In this document: in pieces, positions 21,016 through 34,803 of the stretch
Position numbering within the stretch: position 1 is the stretch's first letter
Layout of the letters: each line of letters opens with the position of its first letter
Origin: an uncultured delta proteobacterium
GTDB lineage: Bacteria; Desulfobacterota; Desulfobacteria; Desulfobacterales; Desulfosalsimonadaceae
Assembly (NCBI GenBank): GCA_963826785.1
Contig: CAWGYD010000001.1
Coordinates: 736,001-800,000 of the forward strand
Reading direction: 5' to 3'
DNA: 64,000 nucleotides
Program-made: the position numbers and the translations under genes
The notes under the pieces: generated by a model
What the model was told of the DNA's origin: nothing
The model's input: the letters and a program-made list of their open reading frames with translations, nothing else
Database searches by the model: none

Positions 21016-21960
21016 ATGGATAAAGACAAAAAAAATAAAAATAAAGATGAAAATAAAAACGGATTTCAAGTCGACAACAGGGTAAAGGCCGGTGCGGATT
21101 CCGGGAGAAGCCTGGTCGAATATGATCCGCTCCAGCGTTACCTGTCGGAGATATCGCGCTACCGTCTGCTGACCCGGGAAGAGGAAGTCGAACTGGGAAA
21201 ACGGGTCCAGGAGCGGGAGGATTCCGATGCGGCTTACATGCTGGCGACTTCGAATCTCCGGCTGGTGGTGAAGATCGCCCTGGAGTTCCAGCGGGTATGG
21301 ATGCAGAATCTTCTGGATCTGATCCAGGAGGGAAACATCGGCCTCATGCAGGCGGTGCAGAAGTTCGATCCATACAAAAACGTGAAGTTTTCATATTATG
21401 CCTCTTTCTGGATAAAAGCCTATATCCTGAAATTCATCATGGATAACTGGCGGCTGGTGAAGATCGGGACCACCCAGGGGCAGCGCAAGCTGTTTTTCAA
21501 GCTCAAAAAGGAAAAGCAGAAACTCATCGATCAGGGATTTGATCCCAGCCCCAGACTTCTGTCCGACCGGCTGGGCGTTTCCGAGCAAGAAATCACTGAA
21601 ATGGATCAGCGTTTAGACAGCTGGGACGTTTCCTTGGATGCCCCCCTCAAGGAGGATTCCGATACAGAAAGGGGCGAATTTTTGAGTTCGGAAGAGGAAT
21701 CCATCGAAGGCCAGATGGCCAAAAAAGAAATCGAAAATCTGCTGCAGGAAAAGGTCGATCTTTTCAGAAAGAAGCTCTCTGAACGGGAGCTGGATATTTT
21801 CGATCACCGGGTTTTTACCGACTCCCCCTTGACGCTTCAGGATTTGGGCGATAAATACCAGATATCCCGGGAGCGGGTCCGCCAGTTGGAAAAAAATATC
21901 CTTAAAAAAATGAGGGGCTATTTCAAAGACGAAATTCCGGATTTTGAGCTTTATGAATAA
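21016..21960 (+). CDS. rpoH: RNA polymerase sigma factor, sigma-32/RpoH-like
   Basis: NLRLVVKIA, DLIQEGNIGLM, RpoH-box-like QRKLFFKLK and ISRERVRQLE. Confidence 0.85.
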   Translation: MDKDKKNKNKDENKNGFQVDNRVKAGADSGRSLVEYDPLQRYLSEISRYRLLTREEEVELGKRVQEREDSDAAYMLATSNLRLVVKIALEFQRVWMQNLLDLIQEGNIGLMQAVQKFDPYKNVKFSYYASFWIKAYILKFIMDNWRLVKIGTTQGQRKLFFKLKKEKQKLIDQGFDPSPRLLSDRLGVSEQEITEMDQRLDSWDVSLDAPLKEDSDTERGEFLSSEEESIEGQMAKKEIENLLQEKVDLFRKKLSERELDIFDHRVFTDSPLTLQDLGDKYQISRERVRQLEKNILKKMRGYFKDEIPDFELYE

Positions 21961-22068
21961 ATTTTGTCCGCCCGGCCTGAAGATGGCCGTAAGGACGTCA
22001 TTTCCGCCAGATTTCCGATTTCTCATCCGGATGCAGCCGGAGTCATCCTGATTGCACCTTGCCCTTTT

Positions 22069-22113
22069 AATGCATCTTTTGCTATTGCATCTCTTGCTAA
22101 TGCATCTCTTGAA
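22069..22113. repeat. 15-bp tandem repeat, three copies
   Basis: AATGCATCTTTTGCT-ATTGCATCTCTTGCT-AATGCATCTCTTGAA. Confidence 0.7.
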
Positions 22114-22237
22114 GACTTTGACCTGCCTGCGCAAACCGGCTTCGAAAAAAGCACTTGAAATCTTTACTCCTCTTTATCATCATGGCCATGATAAGAACCC
22201 GAATGATCCAATATAAATGTAAATCAAGGCACCACTT

Positions 22238-24010
22238 ATGACAAAACAACGATCTGCCCTGTACCCCCTTTTGATCATCATCATTATTTTTTCCGGGTGT
22301 GCGCCCATGAAGAGCATGCCGAGTGCGAAAAATTCCAGCATGCAAAAGGCCGCCCCTGTGGTTTCCGAAATCGGAAACGCCGACAGGGAAGTTGAAAAGG
22401 CCATATCCGATGATTCCTTAAACAGTTATTATCTCTTTCTGGAATCCCAGATCCAGAAGAACGAAGGCCGCATCAGCAATGCGGTCATGCTGCTCAAAAA
22501 AGCGGTGGAACAGGATCCGGGATCGATTTTCCTGAAAAAGGAACTCGCGGTTTTATACCTGCACCAGGAGGACAATGAAAAAGCCCTTCAAGTGGTGGAG
22601 GATATTCTCAAGCAGGACCCCGACTCGGTGGATGCGCTGATCCTGGCCGCGACCATTCAAAAGACGCTGAACAAGGATGCCGACACCAAGCAGATCTATG
22701 AAAGGGTGCTGAAAAATGACCCCCAGCGCAAAAACGTTTATAAACTGTTAGGCAAGCTCTACCTGGATGAGGGTGACCTGGACAATGCATTTCGCATTTT
22801 TGAACAGATGACGCAGGTTTTTCCCGACGATTATATCGGCCATTATTATGTGGGCAAGATTCACCTGATGCGCAAAGAAACCGCCGAAGCGGAAGCCGCG
22901 TTTTTAAAAACGCTGGATATAGCCCCCACACTCATCGAACCCCGGCTGGATTTGATCCAGATTTATCAGGCCGAAAACAAGAAAGAGAAGATCATCTCCC
23001 TGTACGAGGAAATCCTTTCCCAGTATCCCGGCAATTCGGCCGTGGAGATCGAGCTTGCCCTGCTGTACCTGGATAACGGCAGAATCGATGAGGCCAATGA
23101 GATGCTAAAGGCGCTGGGGGAGCGCGCCGCCACAGACCGCGATGTGATCCGGGCGGTGATCCAAAATCTGATTCTACAGGGCCGGAACAAAGAAGCGGTG
23201 GTGGTTCTAAGCACCATGGCCCAGGCGGCGCCCGAGGATGCCGACATCCATTATGCCGCCGGACTGGCCCAGTTCAATCTGGAGGATTTTGAGGCCGCTT
23301 ACCAACAGTTCAGCCAGGTCGACCCGGAAAGCGAACTTTACCCCAATTCGGTCATCCACATGGCCATTATCGACTACAAGAACGAGGATATCGAAGGGGG
23401 CATAAAGCTGCTGGAAACGGCGATCAATCAGGTTCCCGAAGCGGTCAAGCCGGAGCTGATCCCCTACCTGAGTTCATTTTACAAGAGCCGGGAGGAATAT
23501 GACAAGGCATTGGCAATTGTCCAGCAGGGGCTCGGCATCGAACCGGAAAATCCGGACCTGCTGTTCGAACTGGGCGTTATCTACGACAAACTGGGGAATA
23601 CTGAGGCCGCCGTCGGGCAGATGCAAAAAGTCATCGTGCTTAAACCCGATCATGCCGATGCCTTGAATTATATCGGCTACACCTATGCGGACAAGGGAAT
23701 CAACCTGGACGAAGCGGAGCAGTTGATCACAAAGGCGCTCAATGCCGACCCCGAGAACGGATATATCCTGGACAGCCTGGGGTGGCTTTATTACCGTAAA
23801 GGCGAGCATGAAAAGGCGGCATCCACCCTTGAAAAGGCGGTTGCCCTGGTGCCGGACGATCCGATTCTGCTGGAGCATTTGGGAGATGTGTATGCCGCAC
23901 TCAACAATGATCAAAAGGCGCTGGAATTCTACGACCGCGCCCTGTCCCGGAAGAAGGACGATGCCGCCCAACTCCAGGAGAAAATCAATCTGTTCCGCAA
24001 GCAGCCGTAA
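22238..24010 (+). CDS. Tetratricopeptide-repeat lipoprotein
   Basis: Lipobox FSGC, many TPRs, ALNYIGYTYAD and ILDSLGWLYY. Confidence 0.88.
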   Translation: MTKQRSALYPLLIIIIIFSGCAPMKSMPSAKNSSMQKAAPVVSEIGNADREVEKAISDDSLNSYYLFLESQIQKNEGRISNAVMLLKKAVEQDPGSIFLKKELAVLYLHQEDNEKALQVVEDILKQDPDSVDALILAATIQKTLNKDADTKQIYERVLKNDPQRKNVYKLLGKLYLDEGDLDNAFRIFEQMTQVFPDDYIGHYYVGKIHLMRKETAEAEAAFLKTLDIAPTLIEPRLDLIQIYQAENKKEKIISLYEEILSQYPGNSAVEIELALLYLDNGRIDEANEMLKALGERAATDRDVIRAVIQNLILQGRNKEAVVVLSTMAQAAPEDADIHYAAGLAQFNLEDFEAAYQQFSQVDPESELYPNSVIHMAIIDYKNEDIEGGIKLLETAINQVPEAVKPELIPYLSSFYKSREEYDKALAIVQQGLGIEPENPDLLFELGVIYDKLGNTEAAVGQMQKVIVLKPDHADALNYIGYTYADKGINLDEAEQLITKALNADPENGYILDSLGWLYYRKGEHEKAASTLEKAVALVPDDPILLEHLGDVYAALNNDQKALEFYDRALSRKKDDAAQLQEKINLFRKQP

Positions 24011-24014
24011 GCAG

Positions 24015-24791
24015 ATGTCGGCGGGGTGGAAATATGGTGTGCTGATCATTCTGGCCGGGCTTTTTTTACCCGCCTGCGCCACGCTTTTGCCCAAAGGGGG
24101 TGAACCCTGCGGCGGGCCGCCCGGGATTGCCCGCAAACAGCTGCTTGAAATAGAAAGCCGCTATCGGCCGGCGTCGACGTTCAAGGGGATCGGTCACATC
24201 CGGATGTGGAATTCGGAGGGATCGCTGAGCGCCCGGATGGCGTTTGCCGGTACAATTGACGGGAAAATCCGGGTGGAGATCCTGGGCCCTGCCGGCCAGC
24301 CGATGGCCACCCTCATTTATAATGGAAAACGATATTTTTTCATTTCGCACACGGATCAGCAGACGTTTGAAAAGACCGCTTCGGGTTCAGCCATAAAGCG
24401 GCTGATCGGAGTCGAGATCACCACGGATGAACTGACGACCCTGCTGGCGGGGGGGCTTCCGGTCCGGGAACACGAGGCCGTGTGCATACAATCAGATCCT
24501 TCTGGTGTCGAATCGATCATAGCGCTCAGAAACGGCTGGTGGGAACGCACAGTGGAGAAGCTGTTTATTGACCCCCGCACGGGTCAGGTCCGCCAGATCG
24601 AGATGTATGACAGCAGCGGCCTGCAATATCGTATATCTTACCAGGAGCAGCGCCCCACGGAGGGGTTCCTGATTCCCTTTCAGTTTGAACTCTCCGACGA
24701 TCAGGGCAATGGCCTGCGTATCCGGATGGACCGGTACTGGCCAAATGCAAAGATCAAGGCCGACCTGTTTACCCATGAGGAATTTCAATAA
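24015..24791 (+). CDS. LolB-like / DUF4292-like lipoprotein
   Basis: Lipobox LPAC, beta-rich body (IRVEILGPAGQP), and position after the TPR gene. Confidence 0.6.
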   Translation: MSAGWKYGVLIILAGLFLPACATLLPKGGEPCGGPPGIARKQLLEIESRYRPASTFKGIGHIRMWNSEGSLSARMAFAGTIDGKIRVEILGPAGQPMATLIYNGKRYFFISHTDQQTFEKTASGSAIKRLIGVEITTDELTTLLAGGLPVREHEAVCIQSDPSGVESIIALRNGWWERTVEKLFIDPRTGQVRQIEMYDSSGLQYRISYQEQRPTEGFLIPFQFELSDDQGNGLRIRMDRYWPNAKIKADLFTHEEFQ

Positions 24792-24908
24792 TTTCAATTT
24801 TCTCTTAATCGCTGCCCCGGCTGTCGGCACCATCGGCATCCTCGACTCAGGACTGCTGGTCCTTCTTCTCCTTGCCGCCCGGATCCACTGTTGAGCGTGA
24901 AGACCGGT

Positions 24909-25679
24909 ATGGTTATTGCCCTGGAAAACCGGCTGCGGCGCTGCAGCAATGTCATGACGCTTGGGGTCAAGCCCGATTTTTCGGATTATTCCCCGGAGGC
25001 GGCGGGTCAGATCCGGCAGGCAGCCAAAATCTATTATCCTTCTTCACTATACGCACCGATCTTTGGTGCCATGGGAAAGCCGGTATTTCCCAGCGTGCAT
25101 ACCTACCATTTTGCACAGGACAAGATCCGCCAGACCGGGTTATTCATGCTGCAAAACATCCCCTGCCCGAAAACGCGTATTTTTTATGGCAAGGAGAGAG
25201 AAAAGGAGGTCAGGTCGCAATTTGCCTTTCCCCTGATTGCAAAGATCCCCAGGGGTTCGGCTCTGGGGCGCGGCGTTTTTCTGGTCCGCAACCGGGAGGA
25301 ACTGGCGCAATACTGCGCTTTGACCCATGCCGCTTACATCCAGGAATTTCTGCCCATTGACCGGGATATCCGGGTGGTGGTCATCGGCGACCGGGTGGCG
25401 CTGGCCTACTGGCGGATCGCAGCGCCGGGGGAGTTCAGGTGCAATGTGGCCCGGGGCGCCGCCATCCGGTTGGATGGCGTACCGCGTCAGGCACTGGAAC
25501 TTGCCCTTTACACCGCCGGCAAATGCGGCTGGAATGATGTGGGGATCGATATCTGCGAGCATAAAGGAAATTTTTTCGTGCTGGAGGGGAATATGAAATA
25601 CGGCCGGGAGGGATTTGCACGGGCGGGCATCGATTATACCCGGTTGATGGAGAACATGATCGACCATGGACAGATATGA
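24909..25679 (+). CDS. RimK-family ATP-grasp ligase
   Basis: YIQEFLPIDRDIRVVVIG, FRCNVARG and VLEGN. Confidence 0.85.
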   Translation: MVIALENRLRRCSNVMTLGVKPDFSDYSPEAAGQIRQAAKIYYPSSLYAPIFGAMGKPVFPSVHTYHFAQDKIRQTGLFMLQNIPCPKTRIFYGKEREKEVRSQFAFPLIAKIPRGSALGRGVFLVRNREELAQYCALTHAAYIQEFLPIDRDIRVVVIGDRVALAYWRIAAPGEFRCNVARGAAIRLDGVPRQALELALYTAGKCGWNDVGIDICEHKGNFFVLEGNMKYGREGFARAGIDYTRLMENMIDHGQI

Positions 25680-26835
25680 TATCAAATCGTTGGAGCAGCT
25701 GGGGGCGGTTCTGGACCAGCAGGAATCCGGCCGGCTGTGCATTGGGGCGGCCAGAAGCAGTTCTGGCGTTCGGCGTCTGGCCGAACCCCGGCTTCAATCG
25801 GAATACCGCCAGCATTTTGCCGTGGACGTGGATCGAATCCTTCATTCCCTGGCCTACTCCCGCTACATCGACAAAACCCAGGTATTCTACCTGATCGAAA
25901 ACGATCACATTACCCACCGGATCCTGCACGTTCAGCTGGTATCGCGCATCGCCCGAACCATCGGCCGCTACCTGAAATTAAACGAGGACCTGATCGAGGC
26001 GATTGCCATCGGCCATGATATCGGCCATCCCCCTTTCGGCCACGACGGAGAGCGCTTTTTGACCCGCATCTGCCGCCGTCACGGCATCGGCGCCTTTCAT
26101 CACAACGTGCAAAGCGTCCAGTTTCTGGAAAAAGTGGAACGAAAAGGCCGGGGATGGAATCTGTGCCTGCAGACCCTGGACGGAATCCTCTGCCATGACG
26201 GAGAAGTCCACAACCGGCGGCTTTCCCCCGACCGGGAAAAGAATTTTGATATCTATTCGTCTGAAGTCGAGGCTAAAAAATCCGTCGGAAAGGCGGCCCT
26301 GGTGCCCATGACCCTGGAGGGGTGTGTGGTCCGGTTTGCCGACACCATCAGCTATATCGGCCGGGATGTCGAGGATGCCATCCGGTTGAACCTGATCGAC
26401 CGGGCGGAAATGCCTCAGCAGAGTGTCCGCTGCCTGGGCGACACCAACGGCTCCATTGTTTTCTCCCTGGTGTCCGATGTGATCGTCAACAGTTATGGAC
26501 AGCCGTTTGTCGCATTCAGCCCGGAGATTTCAGAGGCTTTGAAGGTATTGAAAGATTTCAATTACCGGCGGATCTACATGAATCCGGCCATCAAGCAGCA
26601 TCTGGACCGCATCGGCGACCTCTACGAGATGATGTTCGATCGATTCCTGGGCGATATCGATCACCGGAAATCCGATTCGCCCATCTACAAAAATTTCATT
26701 AACGGCATGGCCGATGAATACACCGCCGGTCACCGACCCGAGGAAATCGTCCGGGATTTCATCGCCGGCATGACCGATCAGTATTTTCTGCGCCTGGTTC
26801 CGCCCGAATTGCGCCCCAGGCAAAGGGCCATGTGA
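25666..26835 (+). CDS. HD-domain dNTP triphosphohydrolase-like protein
   Basis: DKTQVF, THRILH, GHDIGHPPFGH and RDFIAGMTD. Confidence 0.88.
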   Translation: MDRYDIKSLEQLGAVLDQQESGRLCIGAARSSSGVRRLAEPRLQSEYRQHFAVDVDRILHSLAYSRYIDKTQVFYLIENDHITHRILHVQLVSRIARTIGRYLKLNEDLIEAIAIGHDIGHPPFGHDGERFLTRICRRHGIGAFHHNVQSVQFLEKVERKGRGWNLCLQTLDGILCHDGEVHNRRLSPDREKNFDIYSSEVEAKKSVGKAALVPMTLEGCVVRFADTISYIGRDVEDAIRLNLIDRAEMPQQSVRCLGDTNGSIVFSLVSDVIVNSYGQPFVAFSPEISEALKVLKDFNYRRIYMNPAIKQHLDRIGDLYEMMFDRFLGDIDHRKSDSPIYKNFINGMADEYTAGHRPEEIVRDFIAGMTDQYFLRLVPPELRPRQRAM

Positions 26836-27590
26836 AAAAAATGAGCCCATTTGACACACCCATGCATCAGCCCAGAACCTACAGGCAGCATATCACCAGC
26901 GATCATCTGGTCTCCTTCGGGGTGAGAGTCCGGGAAACCGATCTGTGGGTGCAGGCGAAAGCCCCCCTTGAGGTGCAGACGCGGGAACGGGTTTTGAAAT
27001 ACCGCGCGCACATCGAATCCTATATCGAATCCCGCCCGGAGTTTGCAAAAAGCCATGCGCCCATTGCCCAATCCGGTTTTGCCCCGCCCATCGTTTCAGA
27101 CATGATCAACGCCGGCATCGCCGCAAATGTCGGGCCCATGGCGGCGGTGGCCGGCGCGGTGGCCGAATACGTGGGACGGGATCTGCTGGAAATTTCTGAT
27201 GAAATCGTGGTGGAAAACGGGGGCGATCTGTTTATCCGGCTCAACCGGCCGTTTGTTTTTGCCGTTGATGCGGGGAAATCACCGCTGAGCATGCGGGTGG
27301 GGCTTCGCCTGGACTGCGGCTTGTCCCCGGTTGCCCTGTGCACCTCTTCAGGGAGCATGGGCCATTCCTTCAGCCGGGGCAGGGCGGATGCCGCGTGCGT
27401 GGTCTCGCCATCCGGCGCCGTAGCCGATGCGGCGGCGACGGCTGTCTGCAACCGGGTGGGTTCGGAAAAAGATATTGCGACGGCTATCGAATTTGGGAAG
27501 ACCATTGACGGGGTGACCGCAATCGTGGTGATTATCGGTGACCGCATGGGATTATGGGGCAACGCCGAACTGGTCCCGCTATCCAACTGA
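26832..27590 (+). CDS. UPF0280 (ApbE-superfamily) protein
   Basis: VGPMAAVAGA, VENGGD, TSSGSMGHSFSRG and ADAAATA. Confidence 0.85.
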   Translation: MKKMSPFDTPMHQPRTYRQHITSDHLVSFGVRVRETDLWVQAKAPLEVQTRERVLKYRAHIESYIESRPEFAKSHAPIAQSGFAPPIVSDMINAGIAANVGPMAAVAGAVAEYVGRDLLEISDEIVVENGGDLFIRLNRPFVFAVDAGKSPLSMRVGLRLDCGLSPVALCTSSGSMGHSFSRGRADAACVVSPSGAVADAAATAVCNRVGSEKDIATAIEFGKTIDGVTAIVVIIGDRMGLWGNAELVPLSN

Positions 27591-27929
27591 AGCGGCGCAG
27601 TTCAACGGCCGCAGGTTCCTTTCTATTCTTTCAACGCATATCCCAAACTTTCAGACCGATCATATCCCCCGGTCACCCGATACCTGCCATTCAATTGCTT
27701 TTCACATCCCGAAATACTTGGCATACCGGCGCCCCTTCATCCGTAAAGCTTCGAAAAAACGGTTGAGTTTTTATCCAAAAAACGTCAATATGACCCCCAT
27801 CCATTATCAGTACCCTATATCTGTATTGTCCAGGAAAAGTTTTTTGTGAAATACCGTGACCAAATGTGCGGGCCCCAAATTTTTGTCAAATTTCTGAAAG
27901 TACCGGCATCAGGAGCAAGGGAGAATTTC

Positions 27930-28274
27930 ATGAACAAAGTAAAACTGGTTTTTGGGCTGATTGTTCTGGCTTTGATCGGGACGGCTTTGTATCAGAATCG
28001 GGGTTTTCTTCTGGTCCAGGACACGGTCAGCGTCAATTTCGGCTGGCAGACGTATTCCCTGACCACGTGGAATGCGGTATACCTGCTGAGTTGTTTTCTG
28101 GCAGGCGCCTTGATTTCCTACTTTTTCAGCCTGTCGCATCGGTTTAGAACCCGAAAATCCGGTCGCCTGTTATCGGAAGAACTGGCTGATGAAAAAAAGC
28201 GCACGGCGGATCTTACCGCCCGGCTGGCAAATCGGGAAAGTGCAGTTAACCCTCCGGAGCAGATAAATGAATAG
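27930..28274 (+). CDS. LapA-like small membrane protein
   Basis: Two TM segments (…LYQN…) and a C-terminal coiled coil; GGGAG RBS. Confidence 0.65.
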   Translation: MNKVKLVFGLIVLALIGTALYQNRGFLLVQDTVSVNFGWQTYSLTTWNAVYLLSCFLAGALISYFFSLSHRFRTRKSGRLLSEELADEKKRTADLTARLANRESAVNPPEQINE

Positions 28275-28310
28275 ATTCGGGATTTACTTGAAATCAGATC
28301 GCCGGGATGA

Positions 28311-30976
<2,666 letters not shown>

Positions 30977-30980
<4 letters not shown>

Positions 30981-33013
30981 GGGGTCGGAAGGGTTTGACG
31001 AGTTTGCGGTTCCTACAACATGATCTCAAGCGATTGCCGGCGCGAAGAATATCCTTTTTCGTGTTTTTTTGCACCTTGATGACCGTCTTCTGGTCATGCG
31101 CCTCCTATGGGACACCGGCAAAAAGCCAGTATTTCAAGGCGGAAAGCTGTTATCGAAATTTAAAAAACAGTCCGGAGAAACAAAAATACCGAAGCTACTG
31201 GCTGGATTGCATCGGACAGTTCGAGGCGGTGGGCCGGGAGTATCCTTCCGATCCCTGGGCCCCGGCGGGACTGTTCAAGGCGGCCAACCTCTATGAAGAG
31301 CTGTACGGGCATTCCTATAAAGACGATGATATCCGGGAAGCGGCAGGCCTGTATCGCCAGGTCATCGAAAAGCATCAGTACAGCGTATACAAGGACAGGG
31401 CCGCCCAGGCCCTGACCCGTCTTCCGGATATTGCGCCCGCAAAAGGGCAGGGGGACACGGCGGCCGCAAAGAAAGCGTATATGGAGGCCGAGTCTTCTTA
31501 TGCGGCCCTTCGGGGCAGTCCGGATCAGCGTAAATTCCGGTCGCACTGGATGGAGGTGATCCGTGGATTCGAGAAGGTGCATCAGCTGGATCCCCAAGGT
31601 CCGTGGGCGGCGGCCGGGCTGTACATGACGGCGGTGGTTTATTCCGAACTCTACCGATATTCCTATCGTGATTCGGATCAGCGGGCGGCCCGTGAAATTT
31701 TTCAGCGGGTGGTCAAGGATTATCCCGACAGTGCCTACCGGAGCAAAGCGGAGGCGCAACTGGCGGATGAGCCGAAAAATCCGGTGGAGACGGCGGGCTT
31801 AAATGAAATCATTTCCGGTGAACTGGGGGAGCAGGCGCCGGAGGAAAATGCGACAGGCGATGATCAGGCCCGTGATGCCTCGGGATTGACCACGGTGACC
31901 GGCATCCGATACTGGTCCAATCCCCAGTACACCCGTGTGGTCATCGATGCGGACGGCGAAACCGAGTTTCAAAATAACCTTTTGAAAAAAGATCCGGATC
32001 ACAACAAGACCCGTCAGCGGCTGTATGTGGATCTGCAGAAAAGCCGCCTGGGGGATCTTCAGCGGCAGATCCCGATCAATGACAGCCTGCTGGAATCCGC
32101 CCGGGCCGGGCAGTACACACCGGAAATCGTACGGGTGGTGGTGGATATCAAGTCATTTGAAAACTACAATATTTTCTCCCTTAAAAATCCCTTTCGCATC
32201 GTCATCGATGTCCGCGGCGAATCCGACGGAAAAAAAACGCCTGCCCCGCAAGAGCAGGTTGAAACGGCCTCAGGCGCTGGGTGCGGCAACGTCTCCATTG
32301 CCCGGCAGCTGGCTCTCGGGGTCGGCCGGATTGTGATCGACCCGGGGCACGGAGGAAAAGATTACGGCGCCCCCGGTTACCTGAAGGGAATTCATGAAAA
32401 GCATGTGACCCTGGCTATTGCCAGAAAGCTGGCCGAAAGCATCCGCCGTCAGCTCAACTGCGAGGTGATCCTGACCCGGGACAAGGATACCTATCTGACC
32501 CTTGAGGAGCGGACCGCCATCGCCAATACCCACAGTGCGGACCTGTTTATCTCCATTCATGCCAATGCCTCCAGAAACAACCGGGCCAGGGGGATCGAAA
32601 CCTATTTTCTGAACCTGACCGCCGACGATGAATCCATCAACGTGGCGGCCCGGGAAAACGCCACCTCCCGGAAAAACATCAGCGAACTGCAGACCATTTT
32701 AAACGACCTGCTCCAGAACGCCAAGATCAATGAATCCAGCCGGCTGGCCACCTATGTGCAGAATTCATTGTTCGGCCACATGTCCGGCAAATACCAGCAG
32801 GTGAACAACAAAGGAATCAAGCAGGCCCCCTTCTATGTCCTTTTAGGCGCCCAGATGCCCGCCATCCTGGTAGAAACCGCGTTTATCAGCAACAAGCAGG
32901 AGTGCCAGCGGCTGATGGATGCGGATTATCAGGATGCTTTGTGCGACGGCATCATCAGGGGCATACGGCAATATATGACGGAAAACAAGGCCACGGCTTT
33001 CCTGGATCGGTAG
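30977..33013 (+). CDS. N-acetylmuramoyl-L-alanine amidase with duplicated TPR-like and AMIN domains
   Basis: IDPGHGGKD, FISIHANA, LVETAFISN and AMIN-like TRVVID/RVVVD. The start codon is uncertain. Confidence 0.9.
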
Positions 33014-33115
33014 TCCAGATGACGCATTCGGGTCTGCTTCAGTTCAAAAACCATTGAAATGACGGCGCATACATGCGCAATCGCTTAACCAAACAGCATA
33101 AACGGGACGAACGCA

Positions 33116-34486
33116 ATGGAACCTCTGCAAGCCATATCGGTGATAGACGGCCGGTATCTTCGCTATACCAAAGAACTGACGGACCTTTTTTCGGAATACG
33201 GGCTGATCCGGCATCGGGTACATGTCGAGGTGCAATGGCTGAAATTTCTTTTCAGCGAATTAAAGCTGGAGGCGGTCAGTCCCGCGGACATCGAACAGAT
33301 CGAATCCATCGCCAGCACATTTGATCCGACCGCCGCGCATCGGGTGAAACAGATCGAAGCCACCACCAACCACGATGTCAAGGCGGTGGAATACTATATC
33401 AAAGAGGAATTGCGCCGCATGGGGCTTGCGGACCTCAGTGAGTGGGTCCACTTTGCCTGCACGTCCGAGGATATCAACAACACGTCCTATGCGCTGATGA
33501 TCAAAGCCGGCAAGGACCTGGTCCGCCGCCAGGCCGCCGAAATGCTTGACCGGATCGAATTCCTGGGGGATCGGCACAAGAACCTGGCCATGATTTCAAG
33601 GACCCACGGCCAGCCGGCAACTCCCACCACGGTGGGAAAGGAGATGATCAATTTCGCCTGGCGGCTGCGACTGGAAATGGACCATCTGGATGCCCAGTCC
33701 ATCCAGGCGAAAATGAACGGCGCGAGCGGAAATTACAATGCCCATGCCTTCGTCTTTCCCGAAATCGACTGGATCGAGGCCAGCAGGCGGTTTATTACCG
33801 ATTATCTCGACCTGGCGCCGGGACTGTATACGACCCAGATCAATTCATACCACTATATTTCCCAATTGCTGCACATCCTGATCCGCATCGCCTCCACGGT
33901 CATCGACCTGGACCGGGACATGTGGGGATACATCTCCATCGGGTATTTCAAGCAAAAACCCGTGGCCGGCGAAATCGGCTCCTCCACCATGCCCCACAAG
34001 ATCAACCCCATCGATTTTGAAAACAGTGAAGGCAATATGGGGGTGGCCATCTCATTGATGGAACATCTGGCGGTCAAGCTGCTTAACTCCCGTTTTCAGC
34101 GGGACCTGACCGATTCCACCGTGCTGCGCAACATGGGCGCGGTGTTCGGCTACCTGATGATCGGATTTAAAAGCGCCGTCAAGGGGCTGGGCAAAGTCGA
34201 TGTCGATCCCGATGTCATCGGAAAAGACATCGAGGCCAATCCGGAACTGCTGGCCGAGGCGATTCAGACGGTGATGCGCGTGTACAAGGAGGAAAACCCC
34301 TATGAGAAGCTCAAGGAACTCACCCGGGGACACAAGATCACCCGTGACGATATCGACCGGTTTGTCGATTCGCTGCAAAAGGTGCCCCCCGCCGTTCGGG
34401 CGCGCATGAAAGCAATCACGGTGGGGAAATATACCGGTCTGGCCGCGCAGCTGGTGGAATTATACTGCAAAAGTATCAATCGGTGA
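33116..34486 (+). CDS. purB: Adenylosuccinate lyase
   Basis: SRTHGQPATPTT and GSSTMPHKINPIDFENSEGN. Confidence 0.95.
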   Translation: MEPLQAISVIDGRYLRYTKELTDLFSEYGLIRHRVHVEVQWLKFLFSELKLEAVSPADIEQIESIASTFDPTAAHRVKQIEATTNHDVKAVEYYIKEELRRMGLADLSEWVHFACTSEDINNTSYALMIKAGKDLVRRQAAEMLDRIEFLGDRHKNLAMISRTHGQPATPTTVGKEMINFAWRLRLEMDHLDAQSIQAKMNGASGNYNAHAFVFPEIDWIEASRRFITDYLDLAPGLYTTQINSYHYISQLLHILIRIASTVIDLDRDMWGYISIGYFKQKPVAGEIGSSTMPHKINPIDFENSEGNMGVAISLMEHLAVKLLNSRFQRDLTDSTVLRNMGAVFGYLMIGFKSAVKGLGKVDVDPDVIGKDIEANPELLAEAIQTVMRVYKEENPYEKLKELTRGHKITRDDIDRFVDSLQKVPPAVRARMKAITVGKYTGLAAQLVELYCKSINR

Positions 34487-34803
34487 TCATCAATTCACGG
34501 TGGCGATGTTCAGATGCCGCCCACGTCTCTTTCCGGCAGTTGATATTTCAAAATACTGAATCGTAAGTTAAATAAGAAACATACCCTGCAGAGTGAAACG
34601 GTATCCCCATACGAGAAAGAACCCTGAATCAGCCCCCTTAAATAATCGCTAATTTATTTTTTTTATTTGATTTAAGTTTTGGAATACGTTAAAGGTGGAG
34701 TACGTTTATCTTCAAAACATGGGTTCATTTCACGGATTGACCATTCAGAATCATGCATTTCCGGTAAAAAGCATAATCAGATGATGTGAAGGGGTATGGC
34801 TAA

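Noticed and set aside
21613..22134. Minus-strand ORF with repeated KRC motifs
   Set aside because: It arises from the 15-bp tandem repeat and overlaps rpoH antisense.
23742..24014. N-terminal extension of the 349-aa ORF
   Set aside because: It overlaps the TPR gene. A lipoprotein signal begins at ATG 24015.
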